From Catajapyx aquilonaris (lineage: Eukaryota), in contig JYFJ02001515.1 of assembly GCA_000934665.2 (NCBI GenBank), forward strand, positions 1-64,000: 64,000 nt of DNA, in the 5' to 3' direction. Made by a program: the position numbers and the translations under genes. Under the pieces are notes generated by a model, which saw only the letters and a list, made by a program, of their open reading frames with translations, searched no databases and was not told where the DNA came from. Positions 1 through 13,002 of this stretch are shown piece after piece. Each line of letters begins with the position of its first letter. The first letter of the stretch is position 1.

Positions 1-3000
1 CCTGTGAATGTCACCACCGGACTCTCGCCAGTTACCAACTTGGCCCTCAACCTGAGCGAGGCCAGTTTGCATTCGGCCCATCGTAGGTTGAGCTTCAATG
101 CAAACACACCCTCGCCAAGGTTGTGTGGACAGAAGAAACTTCCATCAAGTGACCATGGTGAGTGCTTTTTTTTTTTTTTCCTGATTGATCAGCATGATGC
201 GTGTGCTTTTCTTACTTGCGTGTTATTTTTCCTATTGTTATATTGAGTACGTGGACACTTGTCGAGGAAAATAACCTTTAGGTTATGTTGTCCACATTGA
301 TGAGATTTTGTCATTGAAACACTGCGGAAGGAAGTTGTTTCGGTTTGCAAGGTTAAATTGCGGTATGTGGGCTACCATATCTGGGCTCCGACGGCCCCAC
401 TTGGTTTCAGCCGAAGGTCTGCCATCTTGTTTAGCTGATTTTGTGATCAATTGATTTCTAGTGCAAGGGACGGAGAGAGTACGAACAAATGCCTTTCGAA
501 GCAAAGTATGAATGTTTATTTTATTATCACTTTATCAGGTATTGAGGTAATGATAAAATGTTATTTTCTTGACAAGGTGAATGTCAACAAAAGCTATAGT
601 GTAAATGTACTGCACATTTTTAAATACAACCATATACATTCCATACTTATTGCCAAAATGCAGATTATTTTCAACTGGTGCCATGCAGGTCACAATAAGT
701 GATTTATGATAACCGCAGGACTTTGTGAATATTATCATTGTCAACATATTCCAGATTTGCAGGCAGACAAATTCCAACAGAAATCCATTTGAATTGATGG
801 TCAAGTCAGGGCAAGTGTGAGCATAAAATGGCCGACACATGTGCATAACATGCGCAGAAAAAGTCATTCTTCTGCCAGCAACGACTGGCTTCATGTATTC
901 AATCAGTTTTGCAACATTGCTTTCGTCATATTCATTAGTCCGAAAACTATGGTACGGCCGATTTGGATTTGGTACGGTTTGTGCCACTTTTAATTGCAAT
1001 GTTTTCATTTAAACTGACAAGCCCCATGGGAACGTCAGTGTCCAATACAGTGTGTTTTAGTGCTGTGGAAATAGAACATGGAGCATCCCAGGCATGCTGT
1101 ATGGTGCCATTGTCCTGGTATCCCGAAACGGCAGTAAACGTCCAGAAATGTCCCATGAACCGTTGGGGTGGTGGTAAGTAGATTGCACCCCTTGAGCCTT
1201 CCTTTCCTCTCCTTCCCGACGGCGCCCAAATCCTTTACCTCATATACCTTCAGGGGACAAGTCGAGCCACAAAACCAATCGAGTCAGAAATAGGACCTTG
1301 AGAAGATGCGACCCTGAGATTATATGACAAACAAGATTTTCCCTCCAAATAATCCGGATTTAAAAACCTCCCAAAACACATGTTGGACCCCATGTTGCAC
1401 TTTTTTTTGGAGATAGTATGGGGGGTCAGAGTTCAGGCTTCCCCCTTTTTGCATGTTGGACGTGCAGTACAATATGAGCGTGTGCGCGTGTGTAATAGCC
1501 ATCGAGGGTTGGTGGTGGGGGACTGGTCCGTTATTGGCGCTTGGAGATGACAATGATCTTCATGACGGCAGCTGCCCGCTTGGAAACATGTCGAGTCTTC
1601 TACACATGTCCGGGGAAGAACACTGGGGGTCTCTTTTAGCCAAGCTCCAAGCCTAGAAGGGAGGAGGCCCTTTTTTTTCCACCATCTGTAAAGTAATACG
1701 GCGAAGGGCACATATAACGGTCTCCTGACAAGCACGTGGCAACCACCAACCCCCACACGCTCATCCGTGACAACATCCCCCAACCCTTTTGGAACACCCC
1801 CCCTATTGACAATACATGATTAGGTTCGGCGACTGTCGTGCCGCAGGTACACTTATCGTCTCAGACGTATTTGGCAACACTGCTTGGACGTAGTACTATA
1901 TGCCACTACCAGTCGGCGCATCTACTGCCACTATCGGAGGAAAGTAGTACTACATGCTCGTTGGTGATGAGTCACCTTGCGGACAAAGTCCACCAGGGCG
2001 TGCCTCGCCTCCATTGAACCATCTCTAATTGTTGAACCCGAAAATCGCGCGGTCAACACGGACATGCTGTAGACAGTAGAAACCCAGACTTTATTTGCTG
2101 CAACGTTCAGCAGCTGATTCGACGATATCATGTAAAATGAGCCTGCAGTCCCTTTACTTCCTTCCGTCCTTTCTCACTGGAGCAGAAAAAGTAACAGTTG
2201 GTCTTGGCGTCCGTCCCCCCCTTATACGATTGACATGGCGAAAAATTAAGGAAACGGCGTGTGCGCGACCTTTCACCTGGCCCACTTTTTTTTTAAGGAT
2301 AAAAGGGGGGGGGTGTGCACGAAAATATTTCACCCAGCAGTGTGCACCAGGTGGGCTTCATTTCGCCAGGATGTGTATGTAGCATCATGCGTTATGATAA
2401 GGGGGTTAATGGAAACGCTCGAGTGAAGAACGGAAGGAAAAAAAAGAGGGGGGGGGGGTCTCGCAAACTTGACTTTTCAGTACCTTGACCCCCAAAAAAT
2501 TAGTTTCCGTTTCGTGTATTTGGCGCACACCCCTGACCTTCTTACTGGCCAATGTTGGGAAGGACAATAGCGCCATTTCTTCGCCGGATATATTGCGTGA
2601 TGACTCTTTGCACACTGTCACTTATAAACACCCCCTAAGAAGACAATGACCTCAGTAGGTTTTGGAGGGAAATGATGGGGACACATATGGGGTGGAGGGC
2701 ACTATAGAATAACCTCTCCTAGGACAGGCTCTGACCTGTGGCTATAAGGGGTGAAATCTAAAAAAAAAAAGGGGGGGGGCTGGAGGGGACGAAACCGGTT
2801 TACAAAATGCACATGTAAATAAGGCAAAAAAAAGAGAACACATCTAAATTCTTTTATTAAATCTGATTAGGGGGGGAGACGGATCTTCAGAGGATCTTAA
2901 GGTGCTAAATCCAAGACAGTTATTGATGAGAAATCTTGGATTAATTTTCCAACAGAAATTTCATGCAACAAACAGTGTACTTGGCACAGGATTGTACATG

Positions 3001-6000
3001 GATTTTTGTACTGTAAAAATTTCATTTTTTTTTAAAGAGCTTAACAATGAGTCATATTGGACACTGAAGGTCACTAGAATGCTAACAAGGGGGTCGAAAT
3101 ATTCGGATGCAAAAGTAAAATTGGCACTTCAAACGTATCATTGGAGTCCAGATGGAAATGATAAGATTGTTTGAAAGTGTGAGCATCCAGAGGAAGTATG
3201 TCCATCAGAGAGAGTTCTTCCGGGGGACCGGATTTCCCACGGGTTTCGAGTTGTTCCTTCCTGATGGCGCTCACCTTTTGGGCGACATGTGAGTGAGGCG
3301 TCAACCGGGGAACCACCTCTTTTGTGCCCTCCTCATGGGAACCCAGCTATGGACCACCTTCCTTCCGTTCTTACCCCTGGAGGCCAGCCTTAGGTAGTCT
3401 CTAACCTGGGCATTTTTATTTTTTTATTTTTTTTTTTGTTAGCGCTCGGCCTTCCCAATCTTCTCCAGACCACCTTTTCTTGCCCATCCTTTTCCCACCT
3501 TTTCGGACACCGGGGGCCTTTTATAAGGTGTGGGGGTGGGAATTTTTGGACACAATTTTGATGGGGGTCGAGCGTGGGATATTTGGAGGAAATATTTTTG
3601 AATAGACCTTCCGGACCGATAGTTTTCATGGAGGAGGATTTCTTAGCCCATTTGCATTAGTATGCCAGTTGTGGAGGATTATTCTAGCACAAAAGTACAT
3701 CCGCCAGTGTTTTACCCCCACATCCTGATCCGCTTTGGTGCACTCTTCGTGACCCAACCCTTCCCATTCTCACCCATCCAAGGATGTGTAACTCTAGACA
3801 CATTCAAGACGAATTAATTGAGCACTCCCAGCCGAATTCAACATAAAGTCGTTATTCGGTTGCCTGATAATTGCTGCAATTCAGCCTAAAGCAACTGTAT
3901 ACACATTGTTTTTAAGAGAGAACCTGACTTCATGACTAATTGTCTGAAACAATTAGCCAATCAATGGATTTATTCACTTTGTTGTTAATTTTTTTTCGTA
4001 CAAAGGAATGGGCAGGGGATGGGGTAGATTCCTCTACCCAATGTGGGGTAGAGTCCATCTCGTGTGGTTCCCTCGAAGCACCACAGACAATCAAGCTGCC
4101 AACCAAAGGAGGGTCGAGACCAGAGGCTCGAGAGGGGGTTCTTGGCCCAGACAAAATCGTGTCAAGTTTAGTCTTGTAAGCTTCAGTTCGGTGGATGTGA
4201 GTCGCCCTGAACGAGACAGGGTGTCGGGAAAAATAATCCGATCCTTATCAGTGGAAACTATATAGAATCTGCTGAGTATGGCGCACATGTGAATTACATT
4301 AATTTGGCCATCGTTCGTCTTTTTACACACCATGTAGGCTCTCATGTACTGATTCAATTATTGTAATGACTACACTGCAATTTATCCGGATATATTTTGA
4401 CGGAAAAACATTCGCCTTTTTTTTCCCCTTGGCCTGTTACCGCCATTGACACGTACAACAATGACTCGGGGTTCAGGTGGTTGCTATAGTTTCTCCCAAA
4501 CAGTTGTCTTGAAGCTAGTCACAAAACAGAGGTGCTACTTAGCGCAACTGATATTTTGGCTATTTGCAAGGTACAGTAATTAGGTTACAGGATGGTATCA
4601 ATAGTTACTTGAATATTGGGAGAAGTCACACTTTTGCGACTGTGTGACCCGATGTGACCGTTCGTGTTGTCCAATAATTATTTCTACTTATAGGCCATCC
4701 CAACATTTGTAGCTAATTTTTATATTGGACATTTTCTGTGCGTACAATAGTTGTGCAGTGTCTTGACACTCGCGATGGATCATTGAAATTAACTCAACCA
4801 TATGTTAGTCTTGTGTGAAAAATTTTTTAAGCAAGAATTGGAGCAGCCTATTGTTAAGTTGTCCCCCCCCCNCCCCCCCCCCCCCCTCTATAAAAAACCA
4901 GTCCTTCGCGACCCAAACGAGGGTGACATGGATGATCCCACAGGTCGCGGGAAGGTATTGACATGGGAAAAAATTTATTGGGGTTATAAAAAAATGGATC
5001 CAGGTATTATTTATGGATTTTCGTCTATAGTTTGAGCAGTAAAAAATGCGGTTGAAATAGCAATTTAAAAAAAAAAGGTCGAAACTGATTACACATTAAT
5101 ATATTATTGTTGTACAGTACATTTGATTTTTTGTTTCAATTTTACGAGTCAGTTTTTAGGAGCAGACGGATACGGATGTAAACTGATAAAGCTATTAACA
5201 CTTTCATTGCCTAAGCACCCGAGTTAATTTGCCGCTAATTAATCAACGTCCACGGTGCCTCATTAGTTCTGTCGCATGTTCCTTTTCTGACAGCCTTTTC
5301 GTTGTGCATATGTTTGGTATAGTCCCACAATTATTTATTGCGCATTGATTGATTTTTATTTAATGACAATGTTCTGCGATATCTGATTACTTGTTAAATG
5401 ACATGCCCCGGAAATAGTTTCTGCTAATGTCGTAATTTTATACACCGGTTCTTGTGCAACTTTTATTCCACGAACGCACTTTTCGAGGCTGAACAGTTGA
5501 TGCAACCCCAGACGCAACATGAGACAAAACGAACCTGGAAAAAAAAATGCGTTGTTGCCATAATGTGACACTTGCCATTTGCTGGACACCCCCCAATTAA
5601 TCCACATGACGCTTCCATATGGCTCGATCCCCCCCTGATGTTTATTTTTTTATATTTATTCCCCCCTCCCAAATGCAAGGTCTGTCCCCCCCGTTCAACT
5701 TCAATATAATCAAGGGCTGATAACTGCGGCCGCAAATGTAGCGTTTGCTTCTCCCTCCATCTCAACGGCCACTGGGGGTTGGGGTGGGTGGGGTCCTATT
5801 CCAGCCCCGGCTTTGCTGGAAGAGGCATTTCCGGCGATGTAGTACCAACCCATGGCCCGGGCTTGTAGTTGAGGACAAAAGGGTATGGTGCTGGTGGGTG
5901 CTGCATGGTGACCTTTTTTTTCCCCCCGCCTCCCCTTAGCTAGAAAAGACCCAAAAGTGGCGGGATGGTATTTCAGGTGTGGCAGCAAGGTGCTGGACAA

Positions 6001-9000
6001 CACTGCTTGGAAGAAACCCCGGGACTCACCATCTTTATTTTCTTTTCAGGTTTCTTCGAAGGAGGCGACGTCTCGGAGGACTCTCCCATGATGGAGAATA
6101 GGTGAGCTTCTGCAGGAACAGTAGTCGGTAGCAGTAGCTTGCAACCATCGGTGCATGACTCGACAAACACAGGAGTGCAAACCAGTTTTGGGGATTATGC
6201 AGGATATGTACATGGTGGTGCACTGGCCAGTTCAAGACCGGGATAAGACTTGGGCAATGCACCACCCTGCATATCTTGGGAGTAAACAAATCCGCAACCT
6301 ATTGGGCAATGTGCCAACTCGCATCCTGTGACACTTGTGCAAACTTATGTAAAAGAACATGACACCTTCGGACATGTCTATTGTGGTCAGCACCCTTGGG
6401 TGGTCTAGCCTCGAACGTTGGAGCAGCTGCACAGGAGATTAGGGTACCCCCTCTCGCACAAATATTGGAAGTACCGCTAGCACAAAAACAAAAGTGTCAA
6501 TAATATTGGGGAATGATAAACTACCGACGCTACCAGGGGGAAAGTGTGTAGCGTCTTGAGAGACGGTATGAATGGTTGGAAACCCAAAGCTTGTCCCTGC
6601 GATTCTTGAAGGGCAGGTGGTGGGGGAGCTAAGAAACTCTGGGTCGGTTAGAAAAGATGAAAAGACGATGGGGGAGAGAAAAAAAGGAGGCCATCAACAT
6701 CCATCGGCCGCAGGTTGGAGAACCTGTCCCGGGGAAGCGTCTTGAAGGCCGCCTCCACCTGAAGAAGGAATGTGAAGAGGGGAGGAAAAAAAGGCGGATA
6801 TAAAAGAAAAGGTACCTGCTCTGAACCAACCGTTTCTGTGAGGGAGTCCCAAGCTGCGAATATGTTGCGGTCTTTTTTGAGTCCTTGACACAACAGATTA
6901 GGAGACCTCCCCCTCACATTGATAAGGGATGTAAATTGGGGGGGATTACGGACAGTGTGTGGCCTAAACATGGGCGCGACACACACACATACACACACAA
7001 AAAAGAGTTTGTGGCCAAGGAGGCTGTCTGCTGCCGTAACGGTCACGTATATGTCTGGGCTGCTGCAAGGAAATGTATGGGGCAGATGTTGGTAACCATC
7101 CATCCAGAGAGTCGAGAGGGGACTCCTGAGGGATGCTGCAAGGAAGAGAAGGGCTCGTTATGGCCTTCGGGGGGGCCTTCTTCTGGTGCGTGAAAACTAG
7201 GGCCCGGCCGGTTTTGGAAGAAAAGGAAATGAGCCTGGAAGAAGAGACGGGGGGGGGGGGGNNNNTGGGGGGGGAAATGTGGGTAGGACATGAGGATGTG
7301 AATAAAGTCACGTGTGGTGTTATGTTGAAATGTTGGAGAGATATGTACTCGAATACAGAGATAAGAGCGAACGGAATGAGAGTAGGTCAGTTGCGAGTAT
7401 GTAAACAAGCAGTGCACTACTTGTGAATATCTCCTGTATTCAGCAACACGAACTAATGCATTCAGATATACTAGTAGTGGATTATACAGTAAGTTAAAGG
7501 AGTATCTTTACCAGACCAAGCTAAGGAGTATCTTCCAGACTAAGGAGTATCTTAACCAGACTATAGACCAAGCAAACTTCTTGGTCAAAGTCTGGTAAGA
7601 TATACTCCTTAGTCTGGGAAGATACTCCTTATAGTCTGGGAAGATACTCCTTATAGTCTGGGAAGATACTCCTTATAGTCTGGGAAGATACTCCTTATAG
7701 TTTGGGAAGATACTCCTTAGTCTGGTAAGATACTCCTTAGTCTGGGAAGATACTCCTTTAACCGACTGTACATTATTAATACCTGTCGATGATTACAGCA
7801 TCTCAAGGCATGATTGTGATCCGAACAATTTTTTGACCGTCCAACTACAGTGCTGGACATTTAGTGGTGTACTGGTGGCGCGACGATTTGCGGAAAAAGA
7901 GCGAATTGAAAGTGGCGCCACCAGTACGACACCATCAACACTGTACTAGTAGATTCAAAGAGCATGTGCCCTTGAGAAAACAGCAATGCGGGGTTCAAAG
8001 TCCTGGGTATTCTTAATGTAGTAGTACCCGCGCGAGCGTGCAAAAAGACCTTGGTAACGAACTTTGTGAATAGCAAAGACGGGGCACAGAGCAGGTGATG
8101 GGGCCCAAGCATTTATAAGGAGGAGGGGAGCAGCCCTGCGATATAAAAGTGGGTAGAAGGGAGGGGGGGGGGGGTTATGGGGGGCACGTGCCCCTGGGTT
8201 TCTCCCCCCCTCTGTACTGTACCTGGACCATCTGCTTTGGCTGCGCTCTTGAGGGGCAAGGCCCTTTGTAGGCTGTACCCGGCACGCGCTTTGACTCCTG
8301 GGGGATGCTGGAGTATAGGAGGGGGGGACCCCCAAATTCTTCCCTTTCTCTCCTCATATCCAGGAGAGGAGGAGGGGGAGCTGCTCCCCAATCTTTTCTT
8401 TTTACAAAGGAGCCTGCTTCCAAGTCTGCAGGCTTGTCTGGACCACCTTCTCCCCCACCCATGCATCAGCTCCCAATACATTATTTATACACCCCCCAAA
8501 AGCCTACCAAGGGGAGACCCCTAGTGTATGTGTAGATTCTGACATACGTTTACTTATGTATTATTCAGGGGGCGAACCGTACCGGGGCTGCTGGCCATTG
8601 TTGAACGGTGGGGGAAATAATTAATTGTTAGCCTAATTGCGGGGTCTTGATTATTGCAACGTTCGAGGAAGCAGATGGCTTAAGAGGCGTTTCTAATCAA
8701 GTCGGTTCGTTGTAAGGTTCGTCCGATGAAAGGACATGGAGTGGGTTCTCTCCGTGTTAGTGCGGATTTCTCTCAATCCCACATGCACGTTGGTGATGAG
8801 TCAACTTCATCACCAACGTGCATGTGGGATTGAGAGAAATCCGCACTAACACGGAGAGAACCCACTGCCTGTTGGTGCACATTGGTGATGAGTCAACTTC
8901 ATCACCAACGTGCATGCAGTACCGGGTGGAGTCATGGATTGTGACTTATTTATTTGTTGAGGATATTATTAACAGTTGCTTGTCCATCTTTGGGGGGGAA

Positions 9001-12000
9001 AAGTTCACATTTTTTTTTGTTGCATTGTCTGAACCAGAAGACATGTGTGCATGAAAGTATAACATCTGTCACGCGGGTTTGTGAACAAGGTTGCAAAAAT
9101 ATACAGAAAGTCAAAATCGCCAAGTGCCCCCCCCCCCCTTTCCTCCCCATTTTTGAGTGACAATTTGCGTGTGAACCATTTTTCGAGATGTTTAGCAGTT
9201 GCGATAACACACGAGTTTCTGTACCAGGGAGGGAAAAATCTGTCTCTCTCGTCTCCAGGGAAAAACTAGTTACACCCGAAAAATAATGTATGTAGCAGAC
9301 CTGTTTTTCCTCAGTTCTTGAGCGAAAACGAGCGCCTTTTCTTTTTAAACCCGGCAATGGGCCACTCCCTGTATAATGTTGGGGGTTAGACAGTTTTTCT
9401 CACGCTTAAAATTCGCCGCTTATTGGATGTGTCCATCAAAAAAGGCCTTTGCTATATACAGGGGGGATCCGAAGAAGAAGAGGGACACAACCGATTTCCT
9501 ACTCGCCTCAGTGGCCATACATTGTTGGGAGGATGAATTTTTCTGAAACAGGGTTTGGCTCCCAAGAATTAAAAAAAGAGACATTGTTTGAAAACCAAAT
9601 TAATTATTTAGCTGGGTTGAATAATGTCGACTTATTTCCTTTTCCACGGACAACATCCTGTGGGATAATTATATCACACTTTGCACATGCCCTGTACTTA
9701 TCAGTAGTCGGTTTGATAACAGCTCCCTGAGCCCTTGATATTGTTAAAGTAAACCTGAGCGTAAATTTTTGCGTAACCTCGACACATTGGAAAAACCGGT
9801 AAAAGCTGCGGACACACTCCTTTGTTACATCGTATGAGTTAAGGTGGCATTGGTGACAAAAATCGTATTGTCAACCCCCCCCTAAGGTTGAAGGGACGGA
9901 CACTTTTATTTTTGTTTATTTATTGCTACTTTTTATACACATATCCCCCCCCCCCTCTCATGACCTCCAGTTGTGTGTGTCTCTCTCCTAATAATATATA
10001 TACCAAAAAAAAGTTTCCCCCCTCTCATACATCGGATTGGCCAGAAGGTCTCCCGCCCGGACTCCGGATTGGTTTTTGTGATCCAGGGAGGGAAAATGTT
10101 GAACCCTTGAAAGGGGATCCGGATTTGGAGGGAAATATTTTAGGCGGGCTTTGGCTTGGTTGGTCGACCTCCCCAAGGGTGGGGGGATTGCTGAGGGGGG
10201 GTCAGCATACTCTGGGAGATCAACCACCCACCACAGAGTGTGGTGACTTGGAGCTGAGGACACAACATACTTGTGGGGGTCCTAGGTTGGATATGTGTAC
10301 CTGGTGTTACAGGTATATTGTTTGACCTGGGGTTATATATACTAGAATATTGTAATGATGGTTGCGGTGGATTATGGTTTTGTAGGTAAATAATTTTTTA
10401 TTTTTTAAAATGCAAGGCGCATGTCCGGTTAAGCAAGGATAGTAATAAAGTTCGGTCGTTACTTGTGATGTTCATGGAAGACTTACCTTTCTCATTGCAG
10501 CAGAGCGTTCCGGTCTGGTTCACGGTCTCTTCAGCGGAGCGCCAGTTGCACCAGCCCCAGGTCTGTTGAATTCATTTTCCGTGCTTTGTTAGAGGATTCC
10601 AGTGATGTGTGTTTTTAAAAAGAAAGTTGCTTAGAAGCTTGGAAACTCAGTGCATCATGACTCGTGTACTTACATGAGCATTCGTTATGAGCGTTAATTT
10701 TTTTTTCTTCTTCCAGGCGATACCTAGCTCTACGGAGGGCTCAGGGTCACTCCAGTTTTATGCAGGATTTAGATGACGGCTCTGAAAACAAGGAGAATGC
10801 ACAGAGAAGCACTTCTGGGGAAAGACTGGTCACCGGGTTTCCTAGTCCAGCCAAAGCATTCAAAATTGCTCAGGTTTGTGCAAAATAAAAATTATTACGC
10901 CTGATACTTTGCATATCTGTGAATGAGCTTATTAAAATATTTTCAAAATGTTTTTTTTTAGTTTGAGAATGCAGTGAGCAGTCCTGCAAAGGCAAGGGCA
11001 CCCCTGGAGGACTTTGATTGCAACTCGCAGGACAGTGGGTATGCAAATTCGCAGTCATCTCTTGGTGAGAAGGAGGATGCCAAACTTCAAAGCAGGTGAG
11101 TATTTTGTACGGGAATAAAACTTCGTGAGAGAGAAGGTGTAACTTGAGATGCTCTGGGCAGAATAATAATTTAATGTACAAAACACATGCGATTGTTTTG
11201 AAATTTTTGTTGACATACACAGATGTATGAATATATTCAATGGAAAGCCATGAATGTGCTGATTTTTTAAAACCAACCAAATGCTTTTAACTTAATTTGA
11301 GTTTGTACAACCAGGAATTTTGGAGGAAAAAGTAATCCTGGTTGTTGTTATTGCTTTGGTTGTTACTAGCTCGCCTTGTTATGCTAATAAACTGTTGTAT
11401 TTTATGAAGGTATGGGGAACCATTGTCATTCCCAAGCCCTCGACGGCCACTTGGGCTACTTCCGTCATCTCCCATGCGAGAAGTGCCTCTCAACAAGGTT
11501 CTGCTGTCGCCAAGCCAGAGGAAGAGTCCCAAGGCTTTTCCTGGACTGGGACCCATCTCCGAAGCCAAAATTTTTGCTGAGAAGGACGATGGATTCTCAT
11601 ATGTTAGCGAGTTGGACTCAGCAGTGAGTTAACTTGCTGGATATCACAAACAAAATATTTTATTGAGTTAAGGAATCTTGAAAGAGGTCCAGAACCTTAA
11701 TTCAGTAAGGTAATGTCTTTAACTAGTGGAGAAGCTTAATGGGAAATTCCTGATACTGGCCGCATTTATTTTTACTATCAGTGTATGCCTAATTCGTGGT
11801 CCATTTTTTAACTCGATCTGTTTTTTCAGGCTGATGCATCAAAATTCCCGGCTGGCCTTTCCTCCCTCCTCTCCGCACCTATCGCCCCTGGATTCAGCTC
11901 GGGAGAGGCGGTTTTGGAATACGCCGGGACTCCAAATGCCGGGGCATCGAAGCCTTCCTTTCGACGATGCCTGTCAATGGCATATGTTTCGGCTGAATCT

Positions 12001-13002
12001 TCAGTCTCTGCTGCACCAGCCGCATCGTGCTTCAAGCGACCAGATCCTCCAGCAAGGGAATTGCTGATCAAACCGCCTGAAAGCAAGAGACCGCGGAAGT
12101 CTAGCTCATTTCATTATGGTGGTGATGCCTCAGTGGAATCCAGTGGAATTTCAGGGAGCGTAGCCGAGGGAGGGGCCAGCAACCAGATGCATCTCAGCCG
12201 GATATACCAAAGGCATCATTCGGAGAATGAGGCGTCTATCAAGCTGGCACTGCAGCGATGTAAGCTGTCAATCACTTGTAACTGTTTTGTACGTAGGCCG
12301 TGCAGAGACTTTCATTTTGTGCTTCTCATTGCAGCTTCTCAGGACCCTAACCTGATCGGTGATTTTACTCGGACATATGCCCTCCCACGACTTGCTGATG
12401 GACGTCACCAAGATCTCCAGTGCATATCGAGTGATGTGGTGGCTGCCCTTCTCAATGGGGATTTCAACCATGCTGTGTCCTCGTATGAGGTGGTGGACTG
12501 CAGGTATCCCTACGAGTACAATGGGGGTCACATCAGAGGTGCCAAGAATTTATACACCAAGGACATGGTTGTCAAGGAACTATTGGAAAGCGGAGAAGTT
12601 AGGCCGCAAGTCCTTGTGTTTCACTGCGAGTTCTCATCGGAAAGGGCGCCCAACCTGTGAGTTGTAAATTTGTGGCATTAGGAATATCGACTAATGTTGT
12701 TTTTTCCCCTCCTCCGTAGCATGCGCTTCCTTCGTAACAGGGACCGGTCATCAAACAAGGAGAGGTATCCACATCTGCATTTTCCGGAGGTGTATGTACT
12801 GGAAGGAGGCTACAAGTCATTCTACGAGACTCATCCAGAGTTGTGTTTCCCTGCCGATTATGTCTCCATGTTTAACCCCAAATTTGAGGCAGAACTCAAG
12901 CTGTTCAAGGCCAAGTCGAAGAGCTGGACTGGAGGCACTTCCTCAGCCTCGGGAACTGACGGTGGAAAGTTTCTCACTAGGACCAAGAGATATGGATTGT
13001 GA
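1..13002 (+). CDS. cdc25: Cdc25/string-like M-phase inducer phosphatase, 5'-partial, 9 exons visible (~602 aa)
   Basis: Exons <1-157, 6050-6101, 10501-10560, 10717-10873, 10962-11095, 11410-11623, 11830-12259, 12335-12656, 12720-13002; all GT-AG, phases consistent. N-terminal LSPVTNL motif, ENKEN, DSGYANS, DDGF, LSSLLSAPI; catalytic domain LIGDF...VDCRYPYEYNGGHIRGA...HCEFSSERAP...RNRDR...YVLEGGY. The two small exons (6050, 10501) are less certain than the catalytic ones. Confidence 0.95.
7487..7768. mobile_element. Non-autonomous DNA transposon (MITE, Tc1/mariner-pogo-like ends) with internal tandem repeats, in Cdc25 intron 2
   Basis: Left end CAGTAAGTTAAAGGAGTATCTT matches the reverse complement of the right end (CAGTCGGTTAAAGGAGTATCTT) at 20/22; TA on both flanks (7485-7486, 7769-7770); interior is copies of a 21-23 bp unit AGTCTGGGAAGATACTCCTT(AT), ~3 in one orientation and ~8 in the other. 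Confidence 0.75.
8740..8866. repeat. Perfect inverted repeat, 60-bp arms with 7-nt loop, in Cdc25 intron 2
   Basis: 8740-8799 is the exact reverse complement of 8807-8866; loop GTCAACT. The hairpin centre is repeated directly at ~8875-8916. Confidence 0.95.

Noticed and set aside
535..1008. 157-aa minus-strand ORF in Cdc25 intron 1
   Set aside because: No recognisable domain or exon structure; consistent with a chance ORF.
4862..4886. Long C/G homopolymers containing N (also ~7249-7274 and ~34821-34840)
   Set aside because: Ambiguous bases indicate sequencing/assembly uncertainty, so lengths are unreliable and no biological claim is made.
7590..7760. Regular 21-23 bp repeats resembling a CRISPR array
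   Set aside because: Units are contiguous with no unique spacers, no cas genes, eukaryotic intron; explained as a MITE interior.
11914..12660. ORF-track Cdc25 read-through containing CKLSITCNCFVRRPCRDFHFVLLIA
   Set aside because: That segment is a 75-nt stop-free GT-AG intron (12260-12334); retention is possible but unsupported.
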